Assembly: GCA_963700285.1 (NCBI GenBank)
Contig: CAVOXA010000001.1
Location: 1,440,001 to 1,504,000, forward strand
Direction of reading: 5' to 3'
Length of the DNA stretch: 64,000 nucleotides
DNA from: an uncultured Chloroflexia bacterium
Lineage (GTDB): Bacteria > Chloroflexota > Anaerolineae > JAAYZQ01
Shown here: one piece after another, positions 39,983 through 50,536 of the stretch
Numbering within the stretch: position 1 is the first letter of the stretch
How the letters are laid out: each line of letters opens with the position of its first letter
Translations under genes and position numbers: made by a program
Notes under the pieces: generated by a model
What the model was told of the DNA's origin: nothing
The model's input: the letters and a program-made list of their open reading frames with translations, nothing else
The model's database searches: none

Positions 39983-40776
39983 TTTCCTCCTCCTCGGGAT
40001 CCGCGCAGGGATTCCCCGGGCTCAAACCGAAGGGTACGGATGCGGATCTGCCCGTCCGCAAAGGCCAGCAAGTTGAAGCCCGGCTGCTCACCAGATCTCT
40101 CTGCGCTGGCAGCATCAGCGTTGCCGCTGAACTGCCATCCCGTGGCGGGACAGCTCGCGACCAGAACGCCACGGTGGATACAGGTTACTTGCATGTGCAA
40201 GTGAGCGACAAAGACACCGCACAGGCGGCTTGCATACCGAGCGGCCACGACCCAAAACTCATCCATGTTGCGCAGGTTGATGTTGTCCAGCCAGGGTACG
40301 CCGATCCTTAGCGGTGGATGATGCATAAAGATCAAGATTGGTTGTGGATGGCAGTGTGCGAGATCGTCATCAAGCCACTGTAGCTGGGCCTCATCCAACA
40401 GGCCAAACCCCTCTCCGGTCCCTGCCGAGTGAAGGAGAACAATGTGATAGCCAGCCGAGTCAAAGGAATAGTAGCCCGGGAAACCAGGAGAAGGGGGCGG
40501 CTGTGCGGTCCTTCGGTACGTATCCAGGTGGTCATGATTTCCCATCACCAGGTGAACCGGCTGCTTCAGCGCTGAAAAAGCGTCTTGCAGGACACCATAG
40601 TCCGCACCAGCTCCGTCGTTGAACATGTCGCCGCCAGTGATGATCAGATCAGGCTGAGGCTGTAGGGACTGCAGAACGCTCACAGCCCTGTCCAGGTGCA
40701 GGTAAGGGCTGATTCCGTACAAGCGTTCGGCCCGGTCATTGGGCAGGTGAAAGTCAGACAGGTGAACGATCCGCAT
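39979..40776 (-). CDS. Metallophosphoesterase (Icc/CpdA-like)
   Basis: HLSDFH, TGGD, MGNHD, FMHHPP, AHLH. Confidence 0.88.
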   Translation of the reverse strand: MRIVHLSDFHLPNDRAERLYGISPYLHLDRAVSVLQSLQPQPDLIITGGDMFNDGAGADYGVLQDAFSALKQPVHLVMGNHDHLDTYRRTAQPPPSPGFPGYYSFDSAGYHIVLLHSAGTGEGFGLLDEAQLQWLDDDLAHCHPQPILIFMHHPPLRIGVPWLDNINLRNMDEFWVVAARYASRLCGVFVAHLHMQVTCIHRGVLVASCPATGWQFSGNADAASAERSGEQPGFNLLAFADGQIRIRTLRFEPGESLRGSRGGGN

Positions 40777-40778
40777 GG

Positions 40779-41963
40779 CTACGCGCCGCCGCCAAACTCG
40801 AATGCTAGCTCTCGTACCCGCTGGCGATAGTAGGCAAAGTTCTCCCAGGAGATATCGGGGTGAACCAGGTGATCGACAAAAGGGATATAGCCCCCCTGCT
40901 GGAGCAAGGGTGGAAGTTTGGCTTCGAGTTCGGCGTCGATGGCATGCTTGCCCTTGGCCACCGCGTTTTTGTCCAGCCCAGCATAGATCTGCAATTGAGG
41001 ATATTCCCTGCGGATTTCCACTACATCACAGCCCGACTGTACCTCAAAGGGCAGCATGCCAGTCATGCCACATTCCAGAAAGAGGGGGATGAGCGACCGG
41101 CAGTCACCATCCGTATCCACGCAAAAATGACGCACGCCCTGGTCCCGCAGAAAGCCGATCAGACGTTTGTAGTAGGGCATCATAAACTGGCGAAACATGG
41201 CCGGGGAGATCATGGGGCCGTTCTTATAGCACATGTCCTCCCAGAACTCGGCGCTGTCCACATCTTTGACCTGCTGGAGCACGTGCCCATAGATCTCAAT
41301 CCAGAAGCCACACAGAAAGCTGGCCATGTCGTGAAGCAAGGTAGGGTTGTCATAATAAGCATAGAACAGGTTTACCTCTCCTATCAGTGCCCGCAGTGCT
41401 CCAAAGAAGCCGCAATAGCCGCTGGCGATGGACAGCGGGTAGTCGCGGCTTTGATATGCGACGACCAGATCGGCCCAGTTTGCTGGCAATCGTTCCTCAG
41501 GCCTGGATTGGAACCGTTCTGCTTTGAGCCGCTCCCAGTCGTCGCGGTTGCTTACCGGCCAGGCCAAGGGGTGTGGCACTGAGCCGGCATCTTTGCGCTG
41601 CTGCAGCGTCACACCGTCCTTGTTGCGGACCGTGACCGTTTCCTCGTCCTCGTCTAGTACCTCTTCCTGGAAGGGAGGCCAGACGAAATTCTGGAGGGGA
41701 ATGGTCTCCCGACCCCCGTCCAGGCCAACGGCGTCGGCGACATCTTCTGCGTCGGGAACATTCAGCACGCCGCTACGCCAGGCGGCCCCGGGTCCCGCCA
41801 GCGTCTCGCCGAACTCGACCGGCTTGGGTAGGCCCTTATTCGCGGATAGTCCTTCTTCGTACCAGCGCTCGATGGTCCCACCCCAGTATCCCCACTCCCA
41901 GAGCAGGGTGCGATCGCAGGGCTCGAAATCCATGACTGCCAGGAACCGCTCGCGTGTATTCAT
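40779..41963 (-). CDS. Uroporphyrinogen decarboxylase/MtaA-like family protein
   Basis: MNTRERFLAVM, FWEDMCYKNGPMISPAMFRQFMMPYY, VDTDGD, GGYIPFVDHLVHP. Confidence 0.85.
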   Translation of the reverse strand: MNTRERFLAVMDFEPCDRTLLWEWGYWGGTIERWYEEGLSANKGLPKPVEFGETLAGPGAAWRSGVLNVPDAEDVADAVGLDGGRETIPLQNFVWPPFQEEVLDEDEETVTVRNKDGVTLQQRKDAGSVPHPLAWPVSNRDDWERLKAERFQSRPEERLPANWADLVVAYQSRDYPLSIASGYCGFFGALRALIGEVNLFYAYYDNPTLLHDMASFLCGFWIEIYGHVLQQVKDVDSAEFWEDMCYKNGPMISPAMFRQFMMPYYKRLIGFLRDQGVRHFCVDTDGDCRSLIPLFLECGMTGMLPFEVQSGCDVVEIRREYPQLQIYAGLDKNAVAKGKHAIDAELEAKLPPLLQQGGYIPFVDHLVHPDISWENFAYYRQRVRELAFEFGGGA

Positions 41964-42026
41964 GCAGAATCCCTTCCAACGTCCCATTGAAGCCCTTGCT
42001 TCAGATAGCTGTGGCAGTCCGCAGCC

Positions 42027-42830
42027 CTAGCGCGCAGTCCAGCCCAGATCCATTGACCAGGCACTGCCGGTGATGATGTTGCCTGTATCGGTGCACAAGT
42101 AGGCTACGAGATCGGCAACCTCCGCCGGTTCGATCAAGCGCTTGATTGCCGCGGGCTCTAGCATCACCTTCGCGATGACCTCCTCCCGGCTGATTCCTCG
42201 CAGGCGCGCCTGGTCAGCGATCTGGGATTCAACCAAAGGTGTGCGAACGTAGGCCGGACAGATAGCGTTGACGGTGATGCCGTAGGCGCCGCCTTCCAGT
42301 GCGGCTGTACGCGTCAGGCCGATGAGCCCGTGCTTGGCTGTGATGTAGCCGCTCTTAAAGGGCGATGCAACCAGGCCATGTATGGAGGAGATCTGGATGA
42401 CACGCCCCCAACGCTGGGCCTTCATCGCTGGCCAGGCGTACTTGGTCAGGAGGAACGGGGCGGTCAGCATGACGGCCATCATGCGATCCCAGGTATCCTC
42501 GGGGAAGTCCTCGATGGCGTCAACGTGCTGGAATCCGGCGTTGTTGACCAGGATGTGGACCGTGCCAAAGGCATGCAGTGTGCGATCGATCAGGGCTTGG
42601 CAGTCAGACCGGAGCGCCAGGTCGCATTCCACAAACATGCCGCCAATGCGCTCGGCCTGAGCGTGTCCAGCATCGGCCTGCAGGTCGGCGATGACTACCT
42701 GGGCGCCATCGGACGCGAGACGTTCAGCAACGGCCAGCCCAATGCCGCTGGCAGCGCCTGTCACCAGGGCCACCTTTCCCCGCAAGGCATTGCTCGCCAA
42801 CCGCTCATCCTGTTTAGAAACATCGCCCAT
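42027..42830 (-). CDS. 3-hydroxybutyrate dehydrogenase-like SDR
   Basis: [51 protein letters not shown]. Confidence 0.88.
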   Translation of the reverse strand: MGDVSKQDERLASNALRGKVALVTGAASGIGLAVAERLASDGAQVVIADLQADAGHAQAERIGGMFVECDLALRSDCQALIDRTLHAFGTVHILVNNAGFQHVDAIEDFPEDTWDRMMAVMLTAPFLLTKYAWPAMKAQRWGRVIQISSIHGLVASPFKSGYITAKHGLIGLTRTAALEGGAYGITVNAICPAYVRTPLVESQIADQARLRGISREEVIAKVMLEPAAIKRLIEPAEVADLVAYLCTDTGNIITGSAWSMDLGWTAR

Positions 42831-42911
42831 CCTAGCACCTCGCTCAAGAGTCGTCGTACCAGGCCACGAGGGCCTGGAACGATGTCTCATGCTACGCGTC
42901 AGCTCAGCGCG

Positions 42912-45095
42912 TCACCGCTCTAGCTCGACGTAGATTGGACTGCTCCAGGCCATTGCCCCATCCCGCTGGATCACCCGCAGCCAGTAGGCATTGATGCCCT
43001 CCGTAGCTGAAGCGTCGCGGTAGGCAAAGCGTACCACGGACGGCCGCGGCCCCCGGGCGACCAGGGCTGCTGTGACACGCTGGCCCAGCCCTCCGGCCTC
43101 TACGGTCAAAGGCCCATCGGCCAGGTCCGCAGGCGTGAATGTAAAAGATGCTGGCTCGGTTTCGAAGGACAGGACCGCATCTTCGGGCGCGTCAAGGTCC
43201 AGGAAGAGTCCATCGGGATCACCAGCCGTGGATGATCTCCAGGAGATCTTGTTCTCCGTTTGATCGACGATCCCCTGATCAGGACTATCGAACGCGAAGG
43301 TCTCTGCGGAGAGGATGCGTCCACCCTGGAGGCTCAGCGAACCGTGCCAGATGGTTGGCCTAGCTCGCCATTTGCGCCGAGCGCCTTCCCACACCAACTT
43401 GAGCAAGGGACGCTCGTCCTCTTTGGGCTCCGCCAGCGGGTGGCTGTAAATCACTTCCAGCCCGCGACGCAACTCTACTGTTTCAAGCGGTGCTGTGCCC
43501 AGGACCTCGACCTTGATGAGAGGGGGCTGGGAGCAGATGATTTCAGAGCCCATGGGCTCGCCGTCAGCGCTCACCCGGAGGACGATGCGCTCTCCGGTCG
43601 TACCATAGCAGCGGCGTGCCCAGAATGCTTCCCACAGAGCCTCACGGGTCAAAGCCTCGGCATAGATCCCAACCAGACCCCCGCGCATGCCAAAGTGGAT
43701 GTCGGTGCCGGTGGGATAGGCAGCGCCTTGCCGTCCAGAGTGGTCATCGCTGCTGGCAATGAATCCGACGCGAAGCCCCCGCCGGAACGCGTCTTCGGCG
43801 AACCACTCGAAGACGCCATGGACTGAGGCAATCTCGATCAGGGGCGTGTGATCGGCATCGAAAAAGTCCAGGTTGGCATGGCGCCCTCCGATATGGGGGA
43901 TGACCATGACGTCGTCGCGTTCGCGCAGCGTCTCGTGCAGCTTGCTGATGGGGTAACGATCAGTCTCGATATCCGACTTGTCTGCAAGCTGGCCGTGGCT
44001 GGAGCGGTGCAGCGGCCCGTCGTCGCCCAGGTAGTAGACATTATGGTCTCCCCCGCCGGGTGTCAGCCCCGACCACTCGTAGGCCAGGAAGGTAACGTAG
44101 CGGCCTGGCTCGTGATAGCGCTTGATCAAGTCCTTGGTCTCTTGCCAATGCTCTCCGGTAACCCGCAGATCGTTGGCGCAGTGCGCTACAACGTCGAGAG
44201 CTGCAACGTCGCGGCCAAAAGCAAGGTACTCGTCCACGGTGCCTGTGCCGACTGTTGATTCTGTCTGCCCATGGATGTCGCCCCAGTAAAGCCGCACCTG
44301 GGGGGCGCTCTCGTAGCAGACGATGGGGTTGCTGGCTGCTTCCAACCCACCGTCCATGTCCCGTGCGAGGACTCGGTACACGCCTGGCCCTGGCAGGGTC
44401 AGCCCGGTGAAGCGGTGCGCACCTCGTTCCTCTAGCCGGAACCCGTGGGCCGGAAGGACGCTGGCCTCTCCCTCGACGGCCAGTTGTACGTTTCCCTGGT
44501 AGCCGTCGCTGGGGTTACCCAGGCAGTCTTCGGCTACCACCGTGACGGAAAAGGGCTCGCCCACCTCTACCTCCGATGGCGCGCGGACACAGAGTCTGTC
44601 AGCGGGACCGCCGATGAGGCGCAAGACGGGAGGGTCTGGCACCAGCTCAAATACGCCGTTGCCAAAGGGGTCCACCGCCATCCGGAATTCGTAGGTTTCC
44701 TCGCGAAAGGTCTGGGCTTTTGAGCCGGGACCGCCAAGGTTGGTGTCGCCGAACGTGATCTTGACCACGTCGCCGGGCGCCAGGGCGCCGTCACGCACGT
44801 CGATCACCAGCGCCCGCTTCCAGGGCCGGACAAAAACGTTCGTGTCCCAGTGCATCGGCAAACGGGCTTGCCCTGAAGTCCAGGCGGTCGTGTATTCGGC
44901 CTCCTCCGGCCGGTCAAACTGGGGCACGCCCCAGTTTGAAGCCAGACGGCGGGCGATGAGTATTCTCGCGCTGTCGTCCATGCCATGATAGCCCACCGTA
45001 TAGGTGATGGTCCAGGTTCCTATGGTGCCAGCGACAACGTCACCCGCTGGATCGATGGTTGCCCGTCCGTAGGTTGGGATCTCCTCGGTTGTCAT
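42912..45095 (-). CDS. DUF3604 (PHP-like metallohydrolase) domain protein
   Basis: YWGDIHGQT, FLAYEWSG, GDHNVYY, IPHIGG, GFIASSDDHSG, LWEAFWARRCYGTTG, AWSSPIY. Confidence 0.85.
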   Translation of the reverse strand: MTTEEIPTYGRATIDPAGDVVAGTIGTWTITYTVGYHGMDDSARILIARRLASNWGVPQFDRPEEAEYTTAWTSGQARLPMHWDTNVFVRPWKRALVIDVRDGALAPGDVVKITFGDTNLGGPGSKAQTFREETYEFRMAVDPFGNGVFELVPDPPVLRLIGGPADRLCVRAPSEVEVGEPFSVTVVAEDCLGNPSDGYQGNVQLAVEGEASVLPAHGFRLEERGAHRFTGLTLPGPGVYRVLARDMDGGLEAASNPIVCYESAPQVRLYWGDIHGQTESTVGTGTVDEYLAFGRDVAALDVVAHCANDLRVTGEHWQETKDLIKRYHEPGRYVTFLAYEWSGLTPGGGDHNVYYLGDDGPLHRSSHGQLADKSDIETDRYPISKLHETLRERDDVMVIPHIGGRHANLDFFDADHTPLIEIASVHGVFEWFAEDAFRRGLRVGFIASSDDHSGRQGAAYPTGTDIHFGMRGGLVGIYAEALTREALWEAFWARRCYGTTGERIVLRVSADGEPMGSEIICSQPPLIKVEVLGTAPLETVELRRGLEVIYSHPLAEPKEDERPLLKLVWEGARRKWRARPTIWHGSLSLQGGRILSAETFAFDSPDQGIVDQTENKISWRSSTAGDPDGLFLDLDAPEDAVLSFETEPASFTFTPADLADGPLTVEAGGLGQRVTAALVARGPRPSVVRFAYRDASATEGINAYWLRVIQRDGAMAWSSPIYVELER

Positions 45096-45129
45096 AACTA
45101 TCTGTCCTCCTGTGTGAGGGCCGGCAAGC

Positions 45130-46530
45130 TCATACTACGACGCAGTCGATACCCAGCAGCGCTGCCGCCTTTTCCAGTGTTCCCGCCCAGCGGCCATAGG
45201 CCAGGGCCTGATGGTGCGAGCCGCCTTCGAGGCTAAAGCGCGTCAAGAAATCGCTCAGATCACTCTCAGGCCTGAACTTGTAGTGCGGTCGCTCCAGACT
45301 GGGGACATAGGGGAAATCGACGATCTCGCCCTCGGTTACGATAAACTTGAGCTTGCCGTTGGCCAGGGTAGTGAGACTGACCAGGGTCGCCACGCCAGGC
45401 TCCAGGCTGAAGGCCAGCAGCAGTGGGTTTACCCGCAGGTCGACGAGACCCAGGTTGCTGCGTAGCACGTGTACAGGCTCGTCGGCACGCGCCATCTTCC
45501 AATTTCCCTCGCCCATGTGCATCATCAGGGCCGCATTGCCGGCAAAGTCCATGGTGAACATCTCGGTGAAGTTGGCCGCTCCGGCCAGCTCCACCATCAT
45601 GGCTACTGCCGCCGCGCTGGTCACGTCACCCTCACCTCCAAAGCCATAGCCCTCACCCAGCAACTTGGCGGCGGCCAGGAAGGGCAGCGTGTCCAGCCAG
45701 CCGTCTTCGGCAATGGCCATAAAGTGGGCGGCAAAGCCGTGCATGCCTCGCTTTTGGAGTATTTCGCGCAATGCCCACTCTATCCGGGAGCTGGCTTCGT
45801 GTTCCTCCTTGGTAATGCTGTCTTGGAACTGAAAGCTCTCCCGGTCCTGAGCCATTTGCTGCTCGATCTCGCTCTGTGGCGCGGCCTTGGCCCGCTCGGC
45901 CAAAGCCTTGGCGGCGATATGGCGGATCTCCACGCCGAGCTGGCTGAGAAATGCCGTCTCATCCAGGCCAAAATCGCCCATGCCCTCCATGGGATAGCCG
46001 ACCAGCCCAATGCGTACCTTGCTCATAAAGGAGGCGATCCGTGCTGCGTCGCACCAAGCCTTGACCTCTGCCAGCGCCCGCTCATCCTGGTAGTGGCCGG
46101 TCACGATCTGGAAATTTTGCCCCGCGCGCAGCAGCACGTTGGCCAGGTCCTGTACCCCGTGCATGCCGTGATTCTTGGTCGTCTCCATGGCCTCCGTCTC
46201 GGAGGTGATGGCATACAGGCGCTGGGTGTTGAAAAGGAGGATGGGCAGCCGGGTGTGCAGCAGTGCAGGTAGGGCGATGTGGCTGGGCGCGTACGTCAGC
46301 AATACGACGACGACCAGATCCTTGCCCTTGGCTTCAAAAGCGTCGATGGCCCCGTCCACTTGCTCTCGACTGTTGCAGACGCCGGGAAAGTCTACCTCGG
46401 CAAAGGGCGACATGGTCTCTGCCAACTCTGCTGCGAAATCGGCCATCATCGGCTTGAGCTGGGGCATGCGGTCGTACAGATCGAACATGAGGCCCAGTAG
46501 GCCCACTTTTGCTTTCTTGCTTTGGGTCAT
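45130..46530 (-). CDS. L-arabinose/L-fucose isomerase family protein
   Basis: NHGMHGVQD, GYGFGGEGD, FTEMF, HMGEGN, GGSHHQAL. Confidence 0.82.
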   Translation of the reverse strand: MTQSKKAKVGLLGLMFDLYDRMPQLKPMMADFAAELAETMSPFAEVDFPGVCNSREQVDGAIDAFEAKGKDLVVVVLLTYAPSHIALPALLHTRLPILLFNTQRLYAITSETEAMETTKNHGMHGVQDLANVLLRAGQNFQIVTGHYQDERALAEVKAWCDAARIASFMSKVRIGLVGYPMEGMGDFGLDETAFLSQLGVEIRHIAAKALAERAKAAPQSEIEQQMAQDRESFQFQDSITKEEHEASSRIEWALREILQKRGMHGFAAHFMAIAEDGWLDTLPFLAAAKLLGEGYGFGGEGDVTSAAAVAMMVELAGAANFTEMFTMDFAGNAALMMHMGEGNWKMARADEPVHVLRSNLGLVDLRVNPLLLAFSLEPGVATLVSLTTLANGKLKFIVTEGEIVDFPYVPSLERPHYKFRPESDLSDFLTRFSLEGGSHHQALAYGRWAGTLEKAAALLGIDCVVV

Positions 46531-46582
46531 GGTCAACTCCTTTAACTTGACATATCTCTTCTGGTTTCGGTTCTTTGGTCCG

Positions 46583-47893
46583 TTACTCTGGCAAGTGGAA
46601 GAATCGTACGGCGTTGTCATGCAGCAGCTTGCGGGCGAGCACGATGGCCTCATCTTCAATCAGGTAGCCGGCTTCAACCTTTTCAGCCAGCACCTGGGCG
46701 ACATTGCTGCGAGCCATTCTAGAGTGCGCATAGCTGCCCTCGACAAAGATATAGTCGCCGCCGAAAGCAAAGATCTTGTTGGCCGGCAGCGTCTCGATCC
46801 ATTCGTGAAGCGTCTGCCTGGCGACCCATGGTGAGATAATATGTACCCAGCAGAGGTCGGCGTAGGCGTTGGGAAAGTTCTTGACCAGGGCTGCGACTTC
46901 ACCCTGGTAGGGATAGCCGGCGTGGAACAGGTCAAAGCGGGCCTCCTGGTACTCGACCAGTAGGTTGGTCAGGTGCAGTGGGTTGGCGTTGGATAGAAAG
47001 TTGGCGTTGCCTTCCTGCAGGCCGGTGTGGACCTGGATGGGCAGATGGTGTTCGATGGCCCGCCGCACTACCTGATGCATCAGATAGTCTTGCAGGGGTT
47101 TGGCTTCGGCCCAGGACACGGGCGGCAACTGGCTGCCATCGACATGGTCGAAAGGGTAGCGGTGCAGCCGGTTAAAGACCCGCTCTGCATCAGCCCTGAT
47201 GACCTTCTCAAAGTAGAGTGAGCGACTGTAAGCCAAGCCAACTTTGAGCCCGACCACGCCCGCCGCGAGCCCTCGCTCCAAGACCGCATCCATGGCCGCC
47301 AGCAGGTCGTCGAGGCTGTGGATGGCCACGCCGGTCTTTTGCTCCAGCCTTCTCAGCTCGACCGCGTTACAGGGAGTTATGTACTCGCCCATCGGTAGCA
47401 CGGGCGCAAAGAGTTCGCGGTCGATCTCTTCCAATGGCGTTGGGTCGATTTCCTCGAGGGGGTGCAGGATCGAGAGCTCGATGTTGGCCCGTTCTTGGAG
47501 CACATAACGGTACCAACCCTCGCGGTTCGATGCAGAGATCTTTTCCGAGAGTTCTTGGTAGGTCGCCTCATTGATGTCCGGGACGTCGAACAGGTCACGG
47601 GCGGCCAGGAGCAGGGCGCGGCCATAGCCCGTGGTGCGCACCTCTTTCCAATAGGGCGTGAATGCAGCCCAGCGTTCGTCGAGGGGTCTGTTAGGGTTAC
47701 GTATGTCCTCCAGGGTCTCCTCAGGCATCCCCGCCGACACGAGGTCGCTGGAGGCATAGTGGGAGAACCAGTAGAACAGGTCGATCTCCTGGCTCAGCCG
47801 CGCCTTTTCGCTCATCAGGTGCTCGTGCGTGTTGAGCAGGGCGATGTCTTCTATCTCTTCTTGGATACGTCTGTGAACCTCTGTTGCCTGCAT
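46583..47893 (-). CDS. Amidohydrolase family protein (uronate isomerase-like fold)
   Basis: NTHEH, QVHTG, DLFHAGYPY, DLCWVH, FGGDY. Confidence 0.85.
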   Translation of the reverse strand: MQATEVHRRIQEEIEDIALLNTHEHLMSEKARLSQEIDLFYWFSHYASSDLVSAGMPEETLEDIRNPNRPLDERWAAFTPYWKEVRTTGYGRALLLAARDLFDVPDINEATYQELSEKISASNREGWYRYVLQERANIELSILHPLEEIDPTPLEEIDRELFAPVLPMGEYITPCNAVELRRLEQKTGVAIHSLDDLLAAMDAVLERGLAAGVVGLKVGLAYSRSLYFEKVIRADAERVFNRLHRYPFDHVDGSQLPPVSWAEAKPLQDYLMHQVVRRAIEHHLPIQVHTGLQEGNANFLSNANPLHLTNLLVEYQEARFDLFHAGYPYQGEVAALVKNFPNAYADLCWVHIISPWVARQTLHEWIETLPANKIFAFGGDYIFVEGSYAHSRMARSNVAQVLAEKVEAGYLIEDEAIVLARKLLHDNAVRFFHLPE

Positions 47894-47937
47894 CTTGCCT
47901 CCCCTTTCTGTCCGGAAAGAGTTTGGGTCAATGTCAA

Positions 47938-49647
47938 TTACACGTTGAGCCCCTGCATTAACTGCCGGTAGCGGTCCTGCGCCTCCTCGACCGAGATTTC
48001 CTGGAAGCGTACCCTGCTTTTTCCAGGCAGGCACTGGGCCAGTAGGGGTATGTCAGCGCTGGCCACCACGCCGATCTTGGGGTACCCCCCAGTGGTCTGG
48101 CGATCGGCCATCATCACAATGGGCTGCTGGTCGGCCGGCACCTGGATGGCGCCCAGGACGATGCCATCGGAGACAATGTCCGCTGAAGCTTTCTGGTCTG
48201 GGCCCTGATGGCTGACGGTCGGGCCCTGCAGTCGATAGCCCATGCGATCGGCGGTGGGGCTAACCAGATACTGGTTGCCGAAGAATGCTTCAAGCCCCGC
48301 AGTGCTGAAGGCCTCGCTTTGTGGACCAGGAATGACCGCCACCGTGGGCTCGTCGCTGTAGGCCGGCAGCAGGCGCTGCAACCGGATCGGATCTCTCGAC
48401 AGCTCTCGGGCTGCCCCGGCTGGCAGATGCCCACCGGCTGTGACCGGGCCTATCGGCAGAACATCGCCGGTTTTCAGCGCTCGTCCCTCCATTCCCCCAA
48501 ATCCACCACGCAGGTAGGTGGCCGCAGAGCCCAGCACTGGCGGCACGGCGATCCCGCCGGCTACGGCCAGGTAGGCCCGGCAGCCGCTCTTCAGGCCGCT
48601 AAAGTCTATCTGCCAGCCTCTCCTGACAAAGGCTGACATCCAGATAGGGATGGGCCGACCGTTTACCCGTAGCCCCAGATCGGCGCCACCCACCGCAATG
48701 AGGCAATCGGCAGTGGCCCGCAGCGTAGGTCCGGCGATGGTAATCTCCAATCCGGCCGCGCCGGGTGGGTTGCCCACGAGGCGGTTGGCGGCCTGCAGGG
48801 CAAAGAGATCCATGGCCCCAGCGACCGGGACGCCCACAGCCTCGTGGTTCCGCCGGCCAAGGTCCTGTACCGTGGTGAGTAGTCCGGGCTGAATGACCTC
48901 CAGGTTGGGGCCCTCTGGGCTTGGTACGGCTGGGCTAACTGGCTCGCGAGTTCCCCATTCCTGTTCCCAGAGCTCCTCAAAGCCTTGGGGATCGATGGGC
49001 ACGAATCGTACCCGGTCGCCTGGTTGCAGAAGGGCCGGTGGCTCACGCCTTGGATCAAAGAGACGCAGGGGAGTGCGGCCGATTAGTTGCCAGCCGCCTG
49101 GCGTGGCAATGGGATAGATCCCGGTTTGCTTTCCAGCGATGCCTACGGAGCCTCCCGGTACCTCGGTGCGTGGGCTGGAGAGGCGGGGCGTGGCGATGGC
49201 CGGAGAAAGGCCGCCTAGATAGGCAAAGCCAGGCGAAAAGCCCAGCATGTACACCGGGTAGAGGGTTGAGGTGTGTCGCTGGATGACGTCTTTGGGACTC
49301 AGGCTGTTGTGATGGGCGACAAAGTCCAGATCGATACCGAACTCGCCGCCGTAGCAGACGGGCACCTCCACCACCCGGGGCTCTACGGTGACCTTCTCTT
49401 GTGCCCGAGCCAGGGCCGCCTGGCCAAAGGCGCTGACCTCGGCGTAGGTCAGGCGTCCAGGGTCATAGTGCAGGAGCAGGGAGCGGTAGGTAGGTACCGC
49501 TTCGCCCAGACCTGGCAGCGGCAAGGCGCGCACGGCTTGGGCCAGCGCGTGGGCGCGGGCGTTGATCTCCAGATCGACCTCATCGCCGAACTCGATCAAT
49601 AGGGCCGAGTCGCCGGCCGGCTGAAAGCGGGGTGGGTCGTATCGCAT
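47938..49647 (-). CDS. pxpBC: 5-oxoprolinase subunits B+C fusion
   Basis: AGDSALLIEF, YMLGFSPGFAYL, GSVGIAG, TPGGWQLIG; then TTVQDLGR, DRMGYRL, DRQTTGGYPKI. Confidence 0.9.
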   Translation of the reverse strand: MRYDPPRFQPAGDSALLIEFGDEVDLEINARAHALAQAVRALPLPGLGEAVPTYRSLLLHYDPGRLTYAEVSAFGQAALARAQEKVTVEPRVVEVPVCYGGEFGIDLDFVAHHNSLSPKDVIQRHTSTLYPVYMLGFSPGFAYLGGLSPAIATPRLSSPRTEVPGGSVGIAGKQTGIYPIATPGGWQLIGRTPLRLFDPRREPPALLQPGDRVRFVPIDPQGFEELWEQEWGTREPVSPAVPSPEGPNLEVIQPGLLTTVQDLGRRNHEAVGVPVAGAMDLFALQAANRLVGNPPGAAGLEITIAGPTLRATADCLIAVGGADLGLRVNGRPIPIWMSAFVRRGWQIDFSGLKSGCRAYLAVAGGIAVPPVLGSAATYLRGGFGGMEGRALKTGDVLPIGPVTAGGHLPAGAARELSRDPIRLQRLLPAYSDEPTVAVIPGPQSEAFSTAGLEAFFGNQYLVSPTADRMGYRLQGPTVSHQGPDQKASADIVSDGIVLGAIQVPADQQPIVMMADRQTTGGYPKIGVVASADIPLLAQCLPGKSRVRFQEISVEEAQDRYRQLMQGLNV

Positions 49648-49734
49648 TCCGGTTTCCTCAATGAGTAGTGAGCATGCTCACACGCGAGCGGACCCCTAGG
49701 ACCCTTTGGCTTCCTGAGGATGCCTCCCTCGGAG

Positions 49735-50493
49735 CTAGGCTGCCAGCGATGTCACTTCCACGCCAGCCTCGATCAGGGCCTGGCGGATGGTCTGGGCGAT
49801 GGTCAGGGCAGTGGGGGTGTCGCCGTGGACGCAAAGGGTCTCGGCTTGCACCGGCACTTGCTGGCCGCTGTAGGCTGTGACCAGACCATCTCGCGCGATG
49901 CTCAGTGCCTGCTCCGCAGCTTGGGCTGGATCGTGCAGTACGGCGCCGGGCAGGTGACGGGGCCGCAGCGAACCGTCGTCTTCGTAGGCCCGGTCGGCAA
50001 ATGTCTCGCGGGCAACCGACAAGCCGACCTCCTGCCCGGCTTGGATCAGCAGCGAATTGGCCAGTCCTACCAGGATGAGTGCGGGATCGAAGCGAGCTAC
50101 TCCGCGGGCGATGGCCTCGGCCAGGGTACGGTCCTTGGCTGCCAGGTTGTACAGCGCGCCGTGAGGCTTGACATGCACCAAAGTGGCCCCGGCGGCCCGG
50201 ACAAAGCCTGCCAACGCGCCGACCTGATACAGGATGAATGCCTCGGCCTCCTCCGGGCTGAGGTGCATGACCCGGCGCCCAAAGCCCTGCAGGTCAGGAA
50301 AGCCTGGATGCGCTCCGATGCCAACGCCGTGGTCCCTGGCCGTCCTCACCGTACGTTCCATTACCAGGGGATCGCTGGCGTGAAGGCCACAGGCAATGTT
50401 GGCCGAAGTAATATACGGCATCAAGGCGGCGTCTGTTCCCAGCGTATATCGACCAAAACTCTCGCCCATGTCACAATTGAGGTCGATCTTCAT
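49735..50493 (-). CDS. pxpA: 5-oxoprolinase subunit A (LamB/YcsF)
   Basis: IDLNCDMGESFG, ANIACGLHA, GFGRR, HVKPHGALYN, FADRAY, TLCVHGD. Confidence 0.95.
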   Translation of the reverse strand: MKIDLNCDMGESFGRYTLGTDAALMPYITSANIACGLHASDPLVMERTVRTARDHGVGIGAHPGFPDLQGFGRRVMHLSPEEAEAFILYQVGALAGFVRAAGATLVHVKPHGALYNLAAKDRTLAEAIARGVARFDPALILVGLANSLLIQAGQEVGLSVARETFADRAYEDDGSLRPRHLPGAVLHDPAQAAEQALSIARDGLVTAYSGQQVPVQAETLCVHGDTPTALTIAQTIRQALIEAGVEVTSLAA

Positions 50494-50536
50494 GGTCACC
50501 TCCCCTCGCAAGACTCCTGTACTACGGTCCGAGCGG